Positions 30,945 through 35,460 of a stretch of 35,460 nucleotides of DNA are shown here, piece by piece. Both the position numbers and the translations under genes were made by a program. This stretch comes from a virus (taxonomy: Duplodnaviria; Caudoviricetes). The stretch is from IMG/VR virus record IMGVR_UViG_3300012347_000007, positions 1 through 35,460 of that record, one strand, 5' to 3'. The notes below the pieces were generated by a model that was given only the letters and a program-made list of their open reading frames with translations, did not search any database and was not told where the DNA came from. Position 1 is the stretch's first letter, and each line of letters begins with the position of its first letter.

Positions 30945-32765
30945 ATTAAAACCCCAAGACTGTTCGCAGCAATTTCAATGGCCTTCATGCCACTATTTTT
31001 TGCTACCCCAGCTATGGCAGAAGAGCCTGCAGAGCCAGTAGTAATTGTTGTTACCACTCCTGGAGGAGATGACTCTTCATATCAGGTTCCACTAACTACC
31101 ACTGTAACTTTTGACGGAGTTGAGTATAGCTCTGTCTATGCAACAACAAACTCTGTCATTACATTTGGCAATCCAGATGGCACATACTGGACATATCCAT
31201 CTACCCCATCTATTTCTTTGTATTCAATGGACTGGGTAGTATATCCAGACTCTAGGGTAGACGAGCACCTAGTTATCCGTGCATCGGATGGTGGATTCCA
31301 GGTAGACATATCTGCTAGACCTATTTGGCTACAGGGTGCAACTGACCCAACTAACATTAATATTGTCGCTGCAATTAATACCGATGGAACAGTTTCAATT
31401 TCATACTCACTTACTGGACCAACCTATGAAGGTCAGACACGCACAGGGGTTCGCCTCACAGATGGTAGCGTTGTTACCCTAGAAGAATATGGAGTTGTTC
31501 AGGTAGAGCAGCCACCAGTATTGGAGCCAGAGCCAGTAGCCCCTACCCCAACCCCTACCCCAGAATCCACAGACGCTCCAGTAGACCCAACGCCTACTCC
31601 TACACCAACTCAAGAACCAACAGTCGAGCCCACACAAACACCCACACCAACCCCTATCCCTACAGTAGAGCCTACCCCAGAGCCAACGGTAGAACCAACT
31701 CCAAGACCCTTTGTGCCAGAGGGAGCAACCATACTATCCGAGGGATCAGCCATCGAGGTTATAGCACCAGAGGGTCAGAGAATTGTTAGCATTTCCGCTT
31801 GGTATGGAGATCCAGATAATGCCACACGTGGCCTCGATGTATCCTCTACCCTAACACAGCTAGCTTCTGGCCAAACATCAGTAACTGTTGAGTCATCAAA
31901 TATATATGGAGACCCAGCAGGGGGAACTGTTAAGGTTTTAATATTTCTGCCTCTCTACGAGGCTATTCCAACACCAGTGCCCACTCCAGAACCAACCCCA
32001 ACTCCTACTCCAGAGCCTACACCAACTCCCACAGAAACTCCTGTTATAATAGTACCAGAGCCTGTAGTGACTCCAGAGCCTGTAGTTACTCCTACTCCCA
32101 CACCAACAGAGGAGCCAGTTGTCCCTACACCAGAACCAACAGTGGATCCCGAACCAACCACGCCACCTTCTGAAGAGCCAACACCTGCACCTACGCAGAG
32201 CGAGGAACCTGTTGAAGAGCCAACAACGCCTATCGTACAGCCGCTACCAGAACCAGAGCCGCCAACAACCCCAGAAGTACAACCAGAATCTGAGCTACGA
32301 GTAGACGAAGCGGTATCAGAGATTGAGAATCTTGTAGATACTGCACCAGAAGATCTAACAGATACACAGGTAGAACAGCTAGTAGAAGCAGCCCTTGTTG
32401 TATTTGAAACAGCAGAGCAGGGGTCACCAGCCTATGAGCAAGCACTTGAAGCACTTGCAGTTGCCGCAGAGGCAGACGACGCTGAACTACCGTCTGAGCT
32501 AGCAGCAATTCCATTGCTCGGTGACGCAGCTGGAGCAGCACTTGAAGTGTTAAATAATCTTGGTAACGTTGGTGCTGACATGGCACCTGCTGTCCGTGAG
32601 GAAGCAGAAAAGACAGTTATCGCATCCGTTATTGCTACTGGAGCAGCTGTTAACGCAGTCGCCTCAGCAGCTGCAGCGGCATCCACATCTACAGGTTCAT
32701 CATCTGGAGGTGGGGCATCTGGAGGATCTTCAGGTGGATCAGGATCAACAAGGAGAAAGCCATAA
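30945..32765 (+). CDS. Secreted, probably membrane-anchored Pro/Thr/Glu-rich surface protein with lectin-like domains
   Basis: Signal peptide ending PAMA; beta-rich N-domain; two PT/PE-rich linkers flanking a SUEL/galactose-lectin-like segment; C-terminal Ala/Val hydrophobic stretch then RRKP. First ATG is 30978; a possible ATT start lies at 30945. Confidence 0.7.
   Translation: MKTPRLFAAISMAFMPLFFATPAMAEEPAEPVVIVVTTPGGDDSSYQVPLTTTVTFDGVEYSSVYATTNSVITFGNPDGTYWTYPSTPSISLYSMDWVVYPDSRVDEHLVIRASDGGFQVDISARPIWLQGATDPTNINIVAAINTDGTVSISYSLTGPTYEGQTRTGVRLTDGSVVTLEEYGVVQVEQPPVLEPEPVAPTPTPTPESTDAPVDPTPTPTPTQEPTVEPTQTPTPTPIPTVEPTPEPTVEPTPRPFVPEGATILSEGSAIEVIAPEGQRIVSISAWYGDPDNATRGLDVSSTLTQLASGQTSVTVESSNIYGDPAGGTVKVLIFLPLYEAIPTPVPTPEPTPTPTPEPTPTPTETPVIIVPEPVVTPEPVVTPTPTPTEEPVVPTPEPTVDPEPTTPPSEEPTPAPTQSEEPVEEPTTPIVQPLPEPEPPTTPEVQPESELRVDEAVSEIENLVDTAPEDLTDTQVEQLVEAALVVFETAEQGSPAYEQALEALAVAAEADDAELPSELAAIPLLGDAAGAALEVLNNLGNVGADMAPAVREEAEKTVIASVIATGAAVNAVASAAAAASTSTGSSSGGGASGGSSGGSGSTRRKP
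31510..32290 (+). repeat. Low-complexity PT/PEPT coding repeats
   Basis: Degenerate (PT)n and PTVEP/TPEP repeats in two blocks; near-exact 18-nt tandem CCAGAGCCTGTAGT(G/T)ACT at 32055-32090. Confidence 0.8.
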
Positions 32766-32766
32766 A

Positions 32767-32934
32767 ATGAAGAAATTTTTAAATGATATTCTAGGCCAAG
32801 CATGGACCCTATTGGGTATGTTTGTAGCCTGGGTAGTCCTAGAGGGGTCTGCAAAGACCATCGTAGGATATTGCATCTTGGGTACGCTCGTGCTATGGAC
32901 GGTGACGTATCCATTGAGAAAGGACGGTGAATAA
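32767..32934 (+). CDS. Small two-TM membrane protein
   Basis: 55 aa from the ATG at 32767 (MKKFLNDILGQAWTLLGMFVAWVVL...IVGYCILGTLVLWTVTYPLRK), two hydrophobic helices, AAGGAG upstream. Confidence 0.75.
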   Translation: MKKFLNDILGQAWTLLGMFVAWVVLEGSAKTIVGYCILGTLVLWTVTYPLRKDGE

Positions 32935-33057
32935 TAGTATGAATAATTACTATGACGCACTACAAGAAAAAACAGAAGGCTTGATTAATTCAGCTGTGAG
33001 GTATGAAAAGAAATAAAAAACCATTTAGATTTAACCCCAAGTAGAAAGGAATCAAAA

Positions 33058-33330
33058 ATGGAAGAAGAAACTGGTGTAGCAGGAGGAATTGCTACAATCA
33101 AGAACGTAATCTGGAGAATCCTGGCTGTATTTGCAGCTTCAGGTCTATCAGTACTAGGTGCTGGAGCAGTCGTAGGTATAGACCTACTATCAGCTGTATT
33201 TATGGCAGGTATCCTAGGTGTCGCAACTGTAATAGAGAAGCTGGCAAGAGCATTCCTAGAGGATGGAAAGCTAACCCTAGACGAGATTAATGCAGCCTTT
33301 GCTAAGGTAGACAAGAACTCAGAGCAGTAA
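33058..33330 (+). CDS. Membrane protein, holin-like
   Basis: 90 aa with two hydrophobic segments (RILAVFAASGLSVLGAGAVVG; AVFMAGILGVATVI) and a charged C-terminus; SD AAAGGA. Confidence 0.55.
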   Translation: MEEETGVAGGIATIKNVIWRILAVFAASGLSVLGAGAVVGIDLLSAVFMAGILGVATVIEKLARAFLEDGKLTLDEINAAFAKVDKNSEQ

Positions 33331-33347
33331 AAGACCAGTCCAACCCC

Positions 33348-33405
33348 TTGACAGCCCCTTCTGGCTAGTGTATACTATATGAAAACACTATCTAGAAGGG
33401 GTTTT
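33348..33405 (+). promoter_or_regulatory. Promoter embedded in a terminator-like hairpin
   Basis: TTGACA (33348-33353), 17 nt spacer, TATACT (33371-33376); long inverted repeat 33353-33371 / 33385-33403 followed by T residues. Confidence 0.65.
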
Positions 33406-33408
33406 CTC

Positions 33409-33798
33409 ATGGCAACAAGCAAGACAACCAAGCATCCAAAACTACCCAACAAGATTAAAATTGGTAGCCAGGCATGGTTCGTAGAAGAACGCACAAAGAA
33501 TACCGATGGTCTTTTAAATGATGGAAGCTATGGCTATACAATTCAAGAGGGAAACATCATTGTAATTGATAAAGCCGCTACCCCTAGTCGTAAGCGACAA
33601 GTCTTGTTTCACGAGCTATTCCATGCAGTCAGATTTTCTTCGGGAAGCTCTGGCATTAGACCAAACATGGATGATGTGCAGCCAGGCGAAGTGATTGATA
33701 TCTGGGAACATTATTTTATTGCCATGTATGAAGACGCATTCTTGACAATCATCCGTGACAATCCAGATGTAACAAATTATTTACTAAGCAACGAATAA
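33409..33798 (+). CDS. HEXXH metallopeptidase-like protein
   Basis: IVIDK...QVLFHELFHAV...EHYF, a zincin-like pattern. Start is the ATG at 33409 after AGAAGGGG; the ATG at 33379 is too close to the -10. Confidence 0.65.
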   Translation: MATSKTTKHPKLPNKIKIGSQAWFVEERTKNTDGLLNDGSYGYTIQEGNIIVIDKAATPSRKRQVLFHELFHAVRFSSGSSGIRPNMDDVQPGEVIDIWEHYFIAMYEDAFLTIIRDNPDVTNYLLSNE

Positions 33799-33801
33799 TG
33801 C

Positions 33802-33830
33802 TTGACAAATATCAGCTAAGAGGATAGAAT
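33802..33830 (+). promoter_or_regulatory. Promoter, probable leaderless transcript
   Basis: TTGACA (33802-33807), 17 nt spacer, TAGAAT (33825-33830); the ATG follows 6 nt later at 33837. Confidence 0.7.
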
Positions 33831-33836
33831 ATATAC

Positions 33837-34025
33837 ATGAGCATAGATGAGAAAAATGTAACTGAAGAAGTCTGGGAATGGCTTCAAGTCGGTATAGACA
33901 AGGGCTGGGTAACTCAGCCATTCTGCTATACACATGATGGTGATCCATACATGTCCGAAGAAGAAGAAAAAGAATGGGAAGACGGCGGAGATCCGTGTGC
34001 CCCAGTAATCAAAATTTTAGTATAG
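33837..34025 (+). CDS. Small acidic hypothetical protein
   Basis: 62 aa, with W/C/H residues (FCYTHDG...DPC). Confidence 0.65.
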   Translation: MSIDEKNVTEEVWEWLQVGIDKGWVTQPFCYTHDGDPYMSEEEEKEWEDGGDPCAPVIKILV

Positions 34026-34036
34026 AAAATAAGGGT

Positions 34037-34840
34037 ATGAAAAAAATTATTAGCATTGCGGCATCTGCAGTTATTGCGTTGTCATTTGTAACACCAGCAC
34101 AGGCAGAAGAGTCAAAGAGTCTTGTTATTGTAGACAGCTACTTTGATGTATCTAAGATTGCTGGCAACGTAGAGTCAGTCTGTGTAGCTGTTTCTGGATG
34201 TGAGCTAACACCAACACCACGGTCTGGATTCTCAGATGCCTATAACCACGGTACAGCCATGGCAGAAGTTGCTCTAAAGCAAAATCCAAATATTAAGCTA
34301 GTTTTGGTTCGTGCTGCATCTGCAACAAAGAATAGCCGAACTGGAGTAGTTTCTATTTCAACACTAAACGGAAATGATTTCTTGAAGTCGCTGTCCTATG
34401 TGTCATCCAGATCTGATGTAGGAGCTGTATCATTTTCATACAATCTGTCTGGGAATAAGACATGCTCACTATCCACAACTGGCGGAGTGAATGTTAGGGT
34501 AGTCGAGCCACAGATTCAGTCTACTATCTCTAGCCTAAAGGCAAAGGGTGTTCCAGTATTTTCATCTACTGGAAATAAGGCAGGGGCTGCAGTAAACTAT
34601 CCAGCATGTATTCAGGATGTAAACTCTGTAAGTGTTGGTGACCTAAATAAAAAGGGTGCAGTCTCTAGCGTATATACATTTGACGCTAACACAGACTACT
34701 TTGCAACAGGCTCAGTATCTAGCTACAAGTCAAATGTTTTTGGTCTAATTCCAAACACAACTTCGTCAGGAAATGTTGCTGTTGCTGCAAAGTATTTGTC
34801 AGGAATTCTTGACAACAAGTTTGTGAACGTGCTACAATAA
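34037..34840 (+). CDS. Secreted subtilisin-like (S8) protease domain protein
   Basis: Signal peptide MKKIISIAASAVIALSFVTPAQA; ordered triad-like motifs VIVDS (Asp), NHGTAM (His), STGN (oxyanion Asn), YPAC..VNSV and TTSS (Ser). Confidence 0.75.
   Translation: MKKIISIAASAVIALSFVTPAQAEESKSLVIVDSYFDVSKIAGNVESVCVAVSGCELTPTPRSGFSDAYNHGTAMAEVALKQNPNIKLVLVRAASATKNSRTGVVSISTLNGNDFLKSLSYVSSRSDVGAVSFSYNLSGNKTCSLSTTGGVNVRVVEPQIQSTISSLKAKGVPVFSSTGNKAGAAVNYPACIQDVNSVSVGDLNKKGAVSSVYTFDANTDYFATGSVSSYKSNVFGLIPNTTSSGNVAVAAKYLSGILDNKFVNVLQ
34809..34838 (+). promoter_or_regulatory. Promoter of the tRNA cluster
   Basis: TTGACA (34809-34814), 18 nt spacer, TACAAT (34833-34838) with TGC extension, 13 nt upstream of tRNA-Asn. 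Confidence 0.7.
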
Positions 34841-34851
34841 TATAGTAGCAA

Positions 34852-34923
34852 TCCCCGATAGCTCAACGGCAGAGCAGAGAGCTGTTAACTCTAAGGTTCC
34901 TGGTTCGAATCCAGGTTGGGGAG
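34852..34923 (+). tRNA. tRNA-Asn (GTT)
   Basis: Acceptor TCCCCGA/TTGGGGA, D-arm GCTC/GAGC, loop CTGTTAA, T-arm CCTGG-TTCGAAT-CCAGG; CCA not encoded. Confidence 0.93.
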
Positions 34924-34946
34924 CAAAATAACTAAACAGAGATCTT

Positions 34947-35021
34947 ATCGGAGTAGAGAAGTTCGGCCATCTCGCCAGCCTCATAAGCTGGAAGTCGCAG
35001 GTTCAAATCCTGCCTCCGAAA
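34947..35021 (+). tRNA. tRNA with CAT anticodon (Met, initiator-like features)
   Basis: Acceptor ATCGGAG/CTCCGAA (1:72 mismatch), anticodon arm CCAGC-CTCATAA-GCTGG, T-arm GCAGG-TTCAAAT-CCTGC; CCA not encoded. Confidence 0.88.
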
Positions 35022-35073
35022 CTAATGGTTCCGCTTGCACCACTTCCAGGGTATGGGAATAAAAGCAAGCAAT

Positions 35074-35144
35074 GCGTATGTTGCATAGTGGTAGTGCCCT
35101 ATCCTTCCAAGTTAGAGGTGCAGGTTCGATTCCTGTCATACGCT
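35074..35144 (+). tRNA. tRNA-Gly (TCC)
   Basis: Acceptor GCGTATG/CATACGC with T discriminator, loop CTTCCAA, T-arm GCAGG-TTCGATT-CCTGT; CCA not encoded. Confidence 0.9.
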
Positions 35145-35145
35145 C

Positions 35146-35315
35146 TATAGGCTAATCACCTATACGTGTATAAGTGTACGTAAAAATTAAACACTTATTG
35201 ATGCCCAGTCATTAGTAGCTTCTGGCGTGTACGTAATCTCACGATATAGGTTCGGGGTTGGTCACCTGTCTTAGGAAACGACTCAGAGATGTGGATCTGA
35301 TTAATCTGACATCTC
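35146..35315 (+). ncRNA. Candidate structured non-coding RNA between tRNA-Gly and tRNA-Asp
   Basis: Several nested complementary segments form a multibranch fold plus two hairpins; no tRNA cloverleaf and no credible ORF. Confidence 0.4.
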
Positions 35316-35319
35316 ACCT

Positions 35320-35396
35320 GGCTTCATAGCTCAATTGGTTAGAGCACCGCCCTGTCACGGCGGAGGTTGACGGTTCAAGTCCGTTTGGAGTCGCCA
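35320..35396 (+). tRNA. tRNA-Asp (GTC)
   Basis: Acceptor GGCTTCA/TGGAGTC, anticodon arm CCGCC-CTGTCAC-GGCGG, T-arm GACGG-TTCAAGT-CCGTT, encoded CCA. Confidence 0.95.
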
Positions 35397-35460
35397 TCAG
35401 AGTTCGCTACTCTGGGAAGGCTGATAGACCTTTTAAAACGTCTATCCGTATATCTGGAGA

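Noticed and set aside
31510-32290. Pro/Thr repeats as a CRISPR array or DGR-type repeat
   Set aside because: Repeats are degenerate at third codon positions and explained by low-complexity protein linkers; no reverse transcriptase is present.
33058-33330. Complete lysis cassette
   Set aside because: No endolysin is recognisable nearby, so the holin label rests only on size and hydrophobicity.
35145-35319. tmRNA, hammerhead ribozyme or additional tRNA in the Gly-Asp spacer
   Set aside because: Too short and lacking tRNA-like ends for tmRNA, no CUGAUGA hammerhead core, and no T-arm or cloverleaf; retained only as an unknown structured RNA.

Overview
A 35.5 kb internal fragment of a large, tailed dsDNA bacteriophage, with all supported genes on the + strand. 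The host is most likely an Actinobacterium. This is inferred from the actinobacterial-type class Ib NrdE/NrdF/NrdH, several apparently leaderless genes, and a gene set and order reminiscent of large tRNA-rich actinophages; GC looks low-moderate by eye and was not computed. Order: (1) end of the tail module (5'-truncated tape measure and minor tail/baseplate-like genes, 1-10827); (2) replication/recombination module (MerR-like HTH, DnaB, DnaG, SSB-like, DnaE, MazG-like, NrdH, RecA, Hjc-like, Cas4-like and RuvC-like nucleases), interrupted by a tandem pair of 2OG-Fe(II) oxygenase-like genes; (3) terminase small and large subunits; (4) accessory region with a secreted Ig-like/S-layer-like protein, nrdE-nrdF without nrdI, a Pro/Thr-rich lectin-like surface protein, small membrane proteins, a HEXXH protein and a secreted subtilase; (5) start of a tRNA cluster (Asn, Met/CAT, Gly, Asp) with strongly structured spacers. 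The most interesting leads are a putative phage-encoded host-surface remodelling set, an unexplained structured RNA between tRNA-Gly and tRNA-Asp, an atypical initiator-like tRNA, and several regulatory architectures. All family assignments are from motif recognition by eye; no searches were run.
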